From the NCBI GenBank assembly GCA_964016885.1, contig OZ024745.1, forward strand, positions 103,292,001 to 103,356,000: DNA of 64,000 nt, written 5' to 3'. Below are positions 37,001 through 49,575 of this stretch, in pieces (position 1 is the first letter of the stretch; each line of letters opens with the position of its first letter). The DNA comes from Eledone cirrhosa. Taxonomy: Eukaryota. The translations under genes were made by a program, and so were the position numbers. The notes below the pieces were generated by a model, which did not search any database, was not told the origin of the DNA, and saw only the letters and a program-made list of their open reading frames with translations.

Positions 37001-37226
37001 ACTTCTGCTTTTCACTGATGGAAAACCAACATTGAATGGTAAAAAAATGACATTGCTGTAAATTCTTGGCCATCACAAGCCAGTTAATTATCTTTGTTAT
37101 AACAGTTTGACATCTTTCTGTAGATGTATATCTTGCAGCTGTTTAAAAAGGACTAATGGCCCATACTTCTGTGGTCTGTATTCATTCTGAAAATCAAGAT
37201 CAAGCAAATATTTGCCCTTTTGTTCA
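37001..37226 (-). pseudogene. Decayed 28S (LSU) rRNA fragment
   Basis: Minus strand gaacaaaagggcaaatatttgcttgatcttgattttcagaatgaatacagacc ... taactggcttgtgatggccaag ... ttcaatgttggttttccatcagtgaaaagcagaa matches, from memory, conserved eukaryotic LSU domain V (AAGGGCAAAAGCTCGCTTGATCTTGATTTTCAGTACGAATACAGACC; GATAACTGGCTTGTGGCGGCCAAG). Confidence 0.8.
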
Positions 37227-37861
37227 ATGTATACTAATGCATACTAATGAGGTCTAATAGACCAAAATGTGTCCATAATTGTTACTTGCCGGCAAACAAC
37301 AATCAAACTTGTAAATCAATTTCTAAATTAAGACTATGGAAATTAACTTTTAGAAATTCACTAACAACTACAACGAGGTTTTTGTTTTTTGATATTTCAA
37401 TTAATTGTGAATTATTTGCATACAGCAGTCAGAATCCCAGCCTTTAAATTTATTATCAAAATACATGCTATTAGCCCATTTTAATCAGGTTCCTTAACTA
37501 TTTTTATGCTCATATGTCAGTAAATATCCGAACTAAATCATCTGTTTAGTGAAGGTTTGTGTAATATTTGAAGAAAATGATATAACTCTCTAAAAGCAAA
37601 CTAATTTATGATGTCTGTATAAATATAATCTATCTGATTAATCTGATCAGTTGCCGATATAAATCTGATAAATCCGATCAAATCTGATTATGACCATAAT
37701 TACCTACCTTCTTATTAGAAAATATAGTAAAACTATAGTAAATTTATCCAAGCCTTGTTAATTTCTATAAATCTCTCTGTAAATTTGTTTATGCAATTGT
37801 TTGGTCTGTATAATGTAACAGAAATTAGAAGTTCTAATCTTAGTATATATTTATATATATA

Positions 37862-38914
37862 TAGTAATAATAATAAATTTGAAGACTAAAATCCAAAGAG
37901 GGCTCGATAAGGATAAATATATATCAGATATATAAGAACCGTAGAGCAAATATATTTTGGCGTATATATTATATATACTGGTACATGTGCATTTGGTTAT
38001 GTGAGTCTGTGTGAGTATGCGGGTTCGTACGTATGTAGGGTGTGTGTATATGTGTACTTTGTGTTTTGGTTGACGTACGTCTGCGAACATATGTGCCTTT
38101 ACATGTGGGTGTGTGTGTGCGCGCATTGTATACGTGTTTATGTGTGTATATTTATATACGTTTATTTAATTATGTATACACGCACACACACACACACACA
38201 TGTGTATATATATATGTCTTTATTTATTTATTTTTATGTGTATTTGGTGTATACGTTCGTATGTGTGCGGTACAGGCGTTGTGTGGGTTCTGTATATGCG
38301 TGTGTGTGTTTTCTTTTCTTTTTTTTTTCTTTTTGTGTACGTGCTTGTATTTGTATACCCATGGGGAATGGTTTCGCGTATGCTTGTGTATGTACGTATA
38401 TGGATGTGTGAATGTATATATTTAATTTCAATTACCTCTGTATTTTATTTACTTTATTCTTAACTCTGAAGCCGAGAAACATTCGGTTTCCTAAATAGAA
38501 TTTTAGTCTATGACTTCAGTTATACCATTTACGTGGTTTTGTCTTTGCGTGTAATTGTTCTCAGCAGTCCACATAATGATGTATTATCTTCGTTTTTTCC
38601 GTTCATTGCCAGAGAACGTCTCCATGAACCACCTAATAGAATATTAGCCTCCGACTTCTTTTATACCATAAACGTGGTTTTGTCTTTGCGTGTAATTGTT
38701 TTCACTGCACCAAACAATGACGTATTATCTTCATTTTTTCCCATTCTTTGCCAGGGAACATTTCCACGAACGTCTTCCTGTCTTCCTTCGGTTGCAACGT
38801 TTTTTGAAATATTTACTTCTGCGTTCACAGATTGACTTTTTTAGTTTCAGAAGATCCCGTTAAGGGTGAAAGCAGCGATTCTTTGCTTAAACTTTAATCT
38901 GTTATTTTAATAAA
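37862..38914. mobile_element. (TA)n-flanked non-autonomous element; short derivatives at 36624-36811 and 56640-56861 in the opposite orientation
   Basis: Left end tagtaataataataaatttgaagactaaaatccaaagagggctcgataagg and right end gatcccgttaagggtgaaagcagcgattctttgcttaaactttaatctgttattttaataaa are present in all three copies. Confidence 0.75.
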
Positions 38915-41613
38915 TATATATATATATATATATATAAATAAAAAAGAATAAAGATCCCATAACTCCTTGTGGAGTCGTAGAGGCATCATCATACGGCATG
39001 TCGAGGGCACTTTTAAACCTGGGGGGACCCATCCCTCTCCAGGTCTGAACAGAGCCGATTTTTTCTATAGTGGAAGAATAGGCCCCAGTACTTGACTGGT
39101 ACTTTTATTATCGACCTCGAAAGGATGAAAGGCAAAGTTGATCATGGTAGGATTTGAACTCAGAGTACGCAATGAGGTGGGACGAATACCGTAAAGCATT
39201 CTATCTGACGTCTTAATGACTCTGCTAATTCACTGCCTATATATATATATATAAACATATATCATCATCATCATCATCATCCCATTTAACATTTTATTTT
39301 CCATGCTTCCATGGGTTAGATGGGTCGTCCATGTTATGAGGCAAGTCTGGCCAGTTGGCCATGCCATACCTTGCTCAAATTAAAGTATATTTTGACCGTT
39401 TTTTTCTTTTTACAACTGGATTCACTTCCTAACACCAACCTCCTTTACAGTATGGAACTGGGTGTGGCCATTTGACCACAGTGTACCCTGCTCATAAATG
39501 GATCCATACTTGGAAGCTGGGTGGACCCATTAGGAAGAAGGTCTGGCCAGTTGGCCACGTCAAACCCTGCTCATAGTGGAACATATGTTTTGGCTATGAT
39601 TTTTACAGCTGCTGGATGCCTTTCCTAACACCAACCACATTTACAGTGTGGGTCTGGGTGCTTTCACTTATGAGGCAAGTCTAGCCAGTTGGCTGTGCTG
39701 TACCTTGCTCAAATGGGGCCTCATTTTGGCTGGGTTTTTACAACTGCTGGATACCCTTCCTAACAACAAGCATGTTTACATTGTGGAAGTGTGTGTTCCT
39801 GTTATGGGAAGGGTCTGGCCAGTTGGCCATGCCATGCTCTGCCCATAGCAGAACCATATTCTGGGAGCTATGTGGACATGTTATGAGGAAGGTCTGGCCA
39901 GTTGGCCACACCAAACCTTCTGCATAGCAGAGTCTGTGTTTTGGCTTTGTTTTTATGGCTGCTGGATGCCCTTATTAACACCAATATATAAATATATATA
40001 TATAACCTTACTGTTGTTGATTAACCTGAGGTCAGCTCTAATCAAATATTCTTTTCATATGTGTCAACTTTTTAAGACAATAGTGTAATTTGAGGAAAAT
40101 TTGGCTACTATTTCTTGCAAGTTGATCAATTACAGTGAGACTTCTTCATTGCTTCATATATAACCATGTAATTTTCTCTGCTGGCATTAAATGACATAGC
40201 AAGATTAAACTGATAATGATATCAGTCTGCAGAAAGAATAGAAATCTATAATTGTCAGTGAATTTACTAATTTAGAAGTAAGATTGGTTTAAATAGTTTG
40301 AATTAATATATAACATTGTAAAGTTAGACAAAGTAATAATATTTAAATGAAACAAAAAAAAGGAAAGAGTAAGAAGGAAAAATAAAAAAGATTATTAATG
40401 TTCAAACCGGCCAAAACCGGCCAGAATTCTCTACCTCTTTCTGTTGAAACTGGCTGTAACTGGTCGCTCAAACTGATGTTAAGGTATTGTTCTCAAAATA
40501 AATACTTTCAAAATCTCATAGATTCGATATTATGTGAGATATTATGTGAGGTAAAGCCTTTACCATGAAAATATAATAGTATGTATAGAGTAATGTGAAT
40601 TCTAAAGGGTTAAGCTACAAAGGAAAGTGGGAGAGAGGGACAGGCTCTATACCCTTGCCTGGGTGGAGATTTGGTTGTGACCTGCAGAATATTGAAGGGA
40701 TTGCCACGGAGAATGATCAGTGACACCCCTTAAAACAGTCAGTCTGCCTCACGGGGTTCCTTCCTCAGACAGACTGCTGTCTTTCCAATTTTGTGAAGAA
40801 AATCGGCTGCAGAGCAGGCAACCAAGCTCTGAATCATCGTCATCATTTTACATCCGCTTTTACCTGCTTGCAAGAGTGGGGCGGGTCCTATTCAGCACAG
40901 CATCTCTCCACTTGTCATGGTACTTCGTCATCTCCTCCGTGAGCTTCAGCGATCTGACATCTGCTCTCACCACCTCCGCCCATGTTTTTCGTGGTCTTCC
41001 TCTACTACATCTTCCTCCTACTGGGATTTCTTGGCACTTCTTTACCCAGCAGTCATCCTCCATACACATCACATGTCCATACCAATGCAATCTTCTCTCC
41101 CACACACTACAACTTATCCCTCTTATACACAGTTTCTCTCTCAACTCATCTATGCTTGAATACAATTTTAAAATAAATATGTTCCTGTGCTATGAGTTGA
41201 AGCAACTTCTGACATTTCTGGCAGAACCTTTTTTCAATTAAAGGTTTGAAAGCTGACTGTAAAGGTTATAAAACTCTTAAATTGAATAAATAACTTAGAG
41301 ATTCTATTTGCATGAAAAGTGGTAGCTATGTTAATGTTAACATAGCATTAAAACACCACTAATTAGAAATGTTTATGTGGTGGGGGAGAAAAACAATACT
41401 ATTTAATGACTAGTATTGTTTTGATTATTTCTGTTTGCATAGGAGACAACTCCAGACATGTTTAAGTTTAACTATGACCTCATCAGAAATGTACAATATT
41501 AGTACAGAAAAATATGATTAGTACAGAAAAATATGATTGTTTTCATTTGAAGGAGTAACTGGTGAATCATTAAAAAAAGTTGATAGTTTACTCTCGACCA
41601 TCAGCACTGTATT

Positions 41614-41789
41614 CAGTGCTGGATTTAGGACAAATGAGGCCCTGTGCTAGTTAAGCTATGAGACCCCTTACTTGGGCCCTGAAGGAGATGATTCATCATA
41701 AAAACATTTTTGGCAGGAAGATGGGCCCTCACTGGCCAACAGAGTCCTGTGCTTAAGCACACCTAAGCACAATGATAAATCCAACACTG
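41614..41789. mobile_element. Harbinger- or hAT-like MITE; partial copy from 62400
   Basis: TIRs cagtgctggattta / taaatccaacactg. Confidence 0.7.
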
Positions 41790-43443
41790 TAATGTAACCA
41801 TCATCAACATTCTTTTACATGTTTCTGTTATAAAATTGTGGTGATGTTGGAATTTATTAAAAGCGTTTAGTTAAACAAATAGACCCAGTACTTATTTTTT
41901 TTCAAGCTTGGTAGATATTTCATTGACATCTTTTTGTTTGAACTGTTGAATTACTGGACATAACCACACATACAAACACACACATATATACACGACAGGC
42001 TTTTACATCTATATATATATATATGACAGCTTTCACTCACAAGACATTTGTCAGCCTGCAACTATAATAGAAGACATTTGCCAAAGGTGTCAGTATAAAT
42101 GAATCTGAAACTACTTGGTTGTGAAGTAAATTCTTTAAACTACACAGCCATGCCTTTGCCTGATACTTAATATTTAAAACAACAGTCCACATAGCTGCAA
42201 GTCAGTACAACTATCTGTTGAAACAGTTATACCATAAAAAATTGATAAGAGTTGTAGTTTAATCCGAAACAAAGTCATATCGAAGTGGAGAAACTTATTA
42301 TCTAAGACATTCAGTCTATGTCAATCATTTTATTATTATAATAAAGTACCAGTAATGCACTGGGGTCGATTTAATCGACTTTTCCCTCCCCAAAAATTGC
42401 TGGTCTTGTGCCTATATAAGAAACCATTATTATTGCTTGGATCGAGAGCGGTAGATTGGAAGAATTATTAGAGCATCGAACAACATGCTTTATGGCATAG
42501 AGTTACGACCCTTTGCGTTCTGAGTTCAAATTTCGTCCTTACTAGGTCAATGAAATAAAGTACCAGTTACGCCCTGGGTCGATTTGATCAACTTTCCCAC
42601 CTCCTCTTCAAATTGCTGGCCTTGTGCCTAAAGTAGAAACATTAGTGGTGGTGGTGGTGGTGGTGGTGTTAGAGGGATCAGTGACAGTGATGGGGTGGAT
42701 TGGCAGTATCGGTAGAGGGCCTGACGCCATGCTTTGCAGCAAAGAGTTACGGCCCTTTATGGTCTGAGTTTAAATTCCGCCGAGGTTAACTTTGCCTTTC
42801 ATCCTTACGGGGTCGATAAAATAAAGTACCAGTAATGTACTGGATAATTGCTGGCCTTGTGCCAAAAGTAGAAACAATTATTATTGCTTGGCTGATGTAC
42901 TCTGGGTCACATTATCCAATGTGTTACTTTTCAGTGTGGTGAAATATGGTTTGAGTGACATTAGCTGCTATTTCTAGTAGATCGAGTAATCATATAAAAG
43001 TTTCTTCATTGGCGCAAATTAATAAGTGTTTCATTAACATAGCAAGGCTGACTTCAATTTGTCTTCTAGGAAAAGTTACTTATTATAGACTGTTATCCTT
43101 TTTAAGAGGAGAATCGTTTCTCATCTTCTGAACTATATAGATCTCTGAATTAAGAACTAAAACACTGTATCTTGAAAGACAGTGAAAGGAAATATATATA
43201 TTATCAAACTCTTTCCAATAATATTTTAAATATTGATCATTGGCCAATCTATCAGAAGTTCAAATATTGATAATTGAAAATCTATCAGAGACTCTGCAAA
43301 GTGTATTTTCATCTATATCATAAGCAACTGATTTAACTGATCTCAAGTATTGATATAATACTCAATGACTCTGATTTAAGTCCTGTGTATTGCATGGATG
43401 ATATATTTTTAGTTTTTAAATAGAATTAATGGTTAATCATTGG

Positions 43444-43572
43444 TTCTTCTTCTTCTTCTTCTTCTTCTTCTTCTTCTTCTTCTTCTTCTTCTTCTTCTTC
43501 TTCTTCTTCTTCTTCTTCTTCTTCTTCTTCTTCTTCTTCTTCTTTGTCATCGTTGTCTTCTTCTTCTTCTTC
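43444..43572. repeat. (TTC)n microsatellite
   Basis: Seen directly. It explains the poly-F and poly-L ORFs. Confidence 0.98.
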
Positions 43573-44910
43573 ACCATATATTTTATAATATTGAACATGT
43601 CACAAAGAGATTGAACTGGAGTCTTGGGTACTACAGAATTTCTTGAGGAGGAAATGGTAGAAGTGATTTATAGCCATGAGAGACCTTCAGCTAAATGGTA
43701 CAAGATTATAGAACAATCATTGATTAACATTTAACATCCTGTAAGAATTTAGCCAGAAAAATCTAAAAATGGATTTCTTAATTCAAATGCTTAACGTGGA
43801 AATTTGCAGAAAGTTACAGTAAATTTTTATGTAATGCAGTTATAATGCTGTTTTGTATTTTCAAGGATGTCTTGCTAATACAGTTTCATTGGATACAGAA
43901 CGTTAAGAGTTAAACAGTTACTGCCTGCAGCATGAACTGTAATACTCATGGTTCTTATCCTAAATAGGTGAGCCATCAAAGGTCAAGAACGTCAGCCATG
44001 AACATGAACAAAGTTCAATGTCAAGAAAAGAATGTGAAATATATAAACCCTTCAATCCAAAAATATTTGACGAATTACTTAATTATGCATTAATTAAATT
44101 TGATTTTTTTTTTTTTTTTTTTGTTAGTCCCATTTATACTAACTGCAAAAGACCCATTCATATTTAACCATCACATTAGTTTTATAGTTATTGGAGTGTT
44201 TGAGGACTCAGCCCTCATGACCGTCTCAGGAATAAGTGTGTAATCATTTAATATCTATTTTACCTACTACCAAATGTTGAATGAGTTGTCATTCATATAC
44301 TAAGTCAGTACTTAATCAGAACCACTGATCTCAGAACCACTGATCTCTCAGATGGACTGGAGACTGCATTTTCTCTATATAGGTTTCAACACTTTACAGA
44401 GTCTACCATGCATTTTATCATGGCCCCAGCACCAGGGAAGTCATTATATCTTTAATATAACTGAAGTGTTATTTATATATGTAAATTCTATATATTAATT
44501 GTTTCTACTTTTGGCACAAGGCCAGCAATTACCCAGTGTATTACTGGTACTTTATTTTTATCGACCCCATAAGGATGAAAGGCAAAGTTAACCTCGGCGG
44601 GATTTGAACTCAGAATGGAAAGGGCCGTAACTCTTTGCATCAAAGCATGGTGTCCAACCCTCTACCGATACTGCCAATCCACTGCCTATATATATCAATA
44701 TATAATTAATAAATGTATATGTGTTTGGTGTCCAACCATAGAATCCATGCTAATATGGAATGTATGAGCAACACGTGGTTCTCCGATACATGTAGTGTTG
44801 GACCATGATAACCCAACCATGCCAGTATGGAAAGTGGACATAAAATAATTATGATGTGAGCATGGGTGTTTATGTGTGTGTGTGTATATATATATATATA
44901 TGTATGTATA

Positions 44911-45320
44911 TACGAAGGACAGTTGAAAAGTTCATAGACAGACTATGAAGGAATGATACAAGGCCTGTGAAATCTTGTCTTCTCCTCCTCCTCCTCCTCC
45001 CTCAAGCGAGACCAGCCAACTTCACAGATATTATCCAACCATCTTGCTTGGGTTCGACCCCTAGCTCTCTTGCCAGTTGGTTTTCCCCATAAAATCTGTC
45101 CAAGTGATTCTTTCCTGAGACATTCTAACCACATGCCCATGTATATTCTTGTTTGTCTGTGAAATCTTGCATGCATTCATTTCAACTCTTCTTATTAATA
45201 ACAGCATTGTTTCTTTCCAAGGACTATGTTGAAAAATAAACCTCATTTGGTCATTCCAAGAGAGTAACTTGGTTAGTTTACAAACTTTTCAGCTTATGAA
45301 CATTTCATGTGACCCTCGTA
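44911..45320. mobile_element. Mariner-derived MITE interrupted by a short RTE 3' fragment (about 44978-45157, minus)
   Basis: Ends tacgaaggacagttgaaaagttcata / tatgaacatttcatgtgaccctcgta. The insert is flanked by TSD ctgtgaaatcttg and encodes ILWGKPTGKRARGRTQARWLDNI. Confidence 0.75.
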
Positions 45321-47582
45321 TATATCTCAAAAATGAAGATATTCATTTTCATATATTTGAACATATTAATTACATTATGACACATACACCAACTCACACA
45401 CCGTGGAAACAAGCTGAAAACTGCTTAGAGGACAGTATCTTGTATCAAATATAATTCTGTATAATTATAGCTTTACATGCATGTACACATGCACAAGTGC
45501 TCTATTTCATCGATCTCACAAGGATGAAAGCAAAGTCAGTTGGGGAGAATTTGAACTCTGAATAGTGCTCAATAGTTCAATATATCTCTTCCATCATTCT
45601 ATTGATTTTATTAATCCAATGGCTCTTATTATTATTAATATTGATTTTTAGGGCGGTGGATTGGCAGTATCGGTAGAGGGTCGGACGCCATGCTTTAACA
45701 CGTAGAGTTACGGCCCTTGCCATTCTGAGTTCAAACCGCGCCGAGGTTAACTTTGCCTTTCGTCCTTACGGGGTCGATAAAATAAAGTACCAGTAATGTA
45801 CTGGGTAATTGCTGGCCTTGTGCCAAAAGTTGAAACAATTATTAAAATTGATTTTTAATTTCGACACATGGCCAGCAAATTTAGGACAAGAACAAAGTTG
45901 ATTAAATCAATCCCAGTACTTGACTAGTACTTTATTTTATCAGCCCCAAAAGGATGTAAGGCAAAATTGACCTCGGTGGGATTTGAACTCTGAATGTAAA
46001 GAGCCAGATCAATTAATGACACTCTACCAAGTCTGCCAATCTATCAACCCCTATTATTGCTAATTTTGATTTCTATCTTTTGCACAAGGCCACAAATTTG
46101 GGTGACAGGATATAGTTCATAATCATCATCATCGTTTAATGTCAATTTTCCATGCTAGCATGGGTAGGACAGGCTATCCATTTGTGTGAGATCAGGTCAG
46201 AGGACTGTGTTTCGCTCACACAGAATTGATCTTGGCTTGGTTTCTATGGCTGGATGCCCTTCCTAATGCCAGCTGCATTTACAGTGTTTGCTGGGTGCCT
46301 TTTGTCATGACACCTATATGACCACTTTACAGTGTGGGCTGAGCACTTTTTGTTGTCGTCAATACAACCACTCTACAGTGTGGACTGGGCGCTTTTTGTT
46401 GTGACTCCTACACAACCTCTTTACTAGAATTTTATTGTAAAGAAGAGTTACACAAATAAGAAAATGGGGAAGGGTAGGGAAAGGCAGATCCGGCTGTATG
46501 GGAAAGTAGAGGAAATGACTATGTGAAAGCCTTGAGAATATGACTGGTATTTTATTTTATAATTCTCAAAATGACAAAAGCCAAAGTCAATGTTGGTGTG
46601 ATTCAAGCTCAGAATATAAAGGAATGCAATTTAATACAAAACATTTTAACCATTGTTCTGGCAACTCTGTTAATCCATTAGCCTTTGTTATTGTTATTAT
46701 CATTAAGATCATGTGCTAGACTACTTACTACATATTTTAGTGTATAAATAGTGTAAGTCTTAATGGAAGCAAACTTGAAAATGTCATCACAAAATCCTAC
46801 AGAAATTAATCATATCATTATCCTCGTCATTTTTATGTTGGCTTTGTCTATTCTAGCAGGGGTTCAAGGGGATTATTTGAGGCAATGTTTTACACCTAGA
46901 TACCCTTCCTGATACCAACCTTTTGAGTCACTTCTAAATTGGATACAGACGGTTGATCTATAGAATAAAAATTGTTTCTACTTTTGGCACAAGGCCAGCA
47001 ATTATCCAGTGCATTATTGGTACTTTATTTTATCGACCCCGTAAGGATGAAAGGCAAAGTCAACCTCGGCGGAATTTGAACTCAGATCGTAAAGGGATGT
47101 AACTATGCTGGAAAGCATGGCGTCCGACCCTCTACCGATACTGCCAATCCACCACTATCTATAGAATAATAATATTAACCCTATAGAATAATAATATTAA
47201 ACCCTTCAGCATTTAAACCGGCCATATCCGGTCAGAATTCTGTCACCTCTTTTTGTTCAAACCAGCCGTAACCAGCCACTCATATTGATATTAAGGAATT
47301 GTTCTCAAAATAAATAATATCAAAACCTCATAGATTCAATATTATGTGAGATAATTATGTGAGGTAAAGCCTTTACCATGAAAATATAATAGTAAATATA
47401 GAGTAATGTAAATGCTAAAGGGTTAAACTGTACAACATTTCATTCACCTGTCACATGAATGCTATGATTAGTCAAACATGTAATAAAATTTCTATTTTGA
47501 ATTCATGGAACACAAGTTTTCAACAAAGATGTTCTAAAACGACATTATCTATCTCATCTCCACTATGTGTGTGCGTGTGTGC

Positions 47583-47617
<35 letters not shown>

Positions 47618-48194
47618 TATGTGTGTGTGTGTGTGCTTATAAGCCAAGGGAAATACAATGTTGTGAGTGTTAAGGTCAGGAAAAAATGAGGAAAGCAAAA
47701 GAGAAATGTGCAGAGCACTAAAAGTTGATGGAAGCCATGGAGTGGGTAGACCCAGGAAGACCTGGGATGAAGTGATAAAAGCAGACCTTGCCCAATTGCA
47801 CCTCTCAGTGGCGATGACACAGGACTGTGACCTCTGGTGTCACGCAGTAAATCAGAAGACCCGACTTCCCACAGGAACAAACCGAAGCTGAAGCATATAG
47901 ACAATATGCCCCCTCACCCCCACTGCAAAGTGGTCGTGGAGGTATCATGACAAAAAAGCACCCAGCCCACACTATAAAGTGGTCATGGTCGCCACGAAAA
48001 AAAGGCACCCAGCACTCACTGTAAATGAGGTTGGTGTTAGGAAGGGCATCCAGCTGTAGAAATCAAACCAAAATCAGTTTCTGTATGAGCAAGACAAGGT
48101 CACCCGACCTAACATCGCCCTCAACAGGACAACCTGTCCAACCCATGCTAGCGTGGAAGAATAGTCGTAAAACGGTGATGATGATGATGATGAA

Positions 48195-49575
48195 ATGGAT
48201 AACAGACCAGTGCAAAAACATGAAAACTAAGATTTAAAAAAAACGGTAACAACAAGGCAGCTAATGAAAACAAAGGATTCATTACTACTGTGATTGAGGA
48301 CAAAAAAATAGGCTTGCTCCTCACAGATGAGACTGCTGTTATCAGAAGACGGTCTGAATATGGCAAAGACCTCTATAACCACAAATTTAGACATGACACC
48401 AGCATGTAGGATAATTCCACCAACAGTAATGGAGAACTTGAGGATACTCTAATTCTCCAGGAGGAAGTTGAAGAGGCAGTGTACATGTTCAAAAATGGAA
48501 AATCCCCAAGAGTAGATGATATCCCATCAGAGCTCCTAAACCATGGAGGCCCAAATCTCCCCAAGGCATTAACAATTACCAGAAAGAAGTTATATGGAAA
48601 ATGAAGCAGTGACTAAAGAAATGAACCCAATCATTGATGATACCCATTCCCAAGAAAGGCAACATATAGAATCATCAGTCTAATTAGATACCATAGTAAA
48701 GTTCTGCTAAGAGTTGTGTTAAAAAAACTTAACCCTTTACCATTTACATTACTCTATATATTCTATTCTATTCTAAGGCGGGTAAAATTCCCGAGATCCA
48801 TGGACGAGTTCTATCCAGCGGTCTCTGTCCCTCATTATCGCTGCCATGTCCTGCGTCTCCAATAGACCAGTGTCTGTCCTTAGGGCATCAACATACGTTA
48901 ACCTTGGTCTTCCTCTTCTAGTGTGTCCATGTAGGGGCTCCCAAAGGAGCACTGAGTGCAATGTCAACTCTGGATGTCGGTGAGCATGTCCAGCTAACCT
49001 CAGTCTCCTCTGTGTCACTTTTGAGCTGACTTTTGGGATGCTCCCATACAGCTCTGAGTTTTTCATCCTCAGTGTATACTGATTAATGTTCAGAGCCATC
49101 CTCAGCATACTTGTGTAGCACCCATCCACCATCTGAGTGAGTCTCTTGGTCAGTGTCCAAGTCTCAGACCCATACAGCAGCACAGACTCCACTACAGCAA
49201 TGAAGAGGCGGATTTTCAGGTCTCTACGAAGGTTCGACTTCCACACCAATCTCAAGCTGTGGCACGCCGCCCAGGCCTTGCTCTTCCTCTCAACCACATC
49301 ATCTTCTGTATTCTGTATTCTGTGGACCGTTACTCTATATATATACTATCATATTTCCATATTAAAGGCTTTACCTCACATAATTATTTCACATAATATC
49401 GAATCTATGAGATTTTGATATTATTTATTTTGAGAACAATACCTTAACATCAATATGAGTGGCCAGTTATGGCCAGTTTGAACAGAAAGAGGTGAGAGAA
49501 TTCTGGTTGGTCATGGCCGGTTTAAATGCTAAAGGGTTAAAGTGAAGGCAGAAGAAATCCTTGTATAGCAGGAAA
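48195..49575 (+). mobile_element. Old RTE-like LINE fragment split at TTAA by a MITE
   Basis: ILQEEVEEAVYMFKNGKSPRVDDIPSELLNHG ... IPIPKKGN ... KVLLRVVLKKL, then KVKAEEIL resumes after 49540. Confidence 0.7.
48762..49329 (-). mobile_element. Young 5'-truncated copy of the intact RTE at 7695-10826
   Basis: ORF 48773-49297 is nearly identical to the last 174 aa of the 1043-aa ORF. 13-bp TSD ttactctatatat at 48749 and 49330. Confidence 0.95.

Noticed and set aside
38845-38885. CAGAAGA-uccc-guuaa-gggu-GAAA hammerhead-like motif at the end of the TA-flanked element
   Set aside because: The core has A in place of the conserved U, and there is no NUH or stem I. Treated as a simple hairpin.
40690-40780. 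Minus-strand CUGAGGA within a hairpin
   Set aside because: No correctly placed GAAA/NUH or stem I partner.
43429-43646. Poly-Phe and poly-Leu ORFs, and the many YIYI/VCVC ORFs elsewhere
   Set aside because: They are translations of microsatellites.
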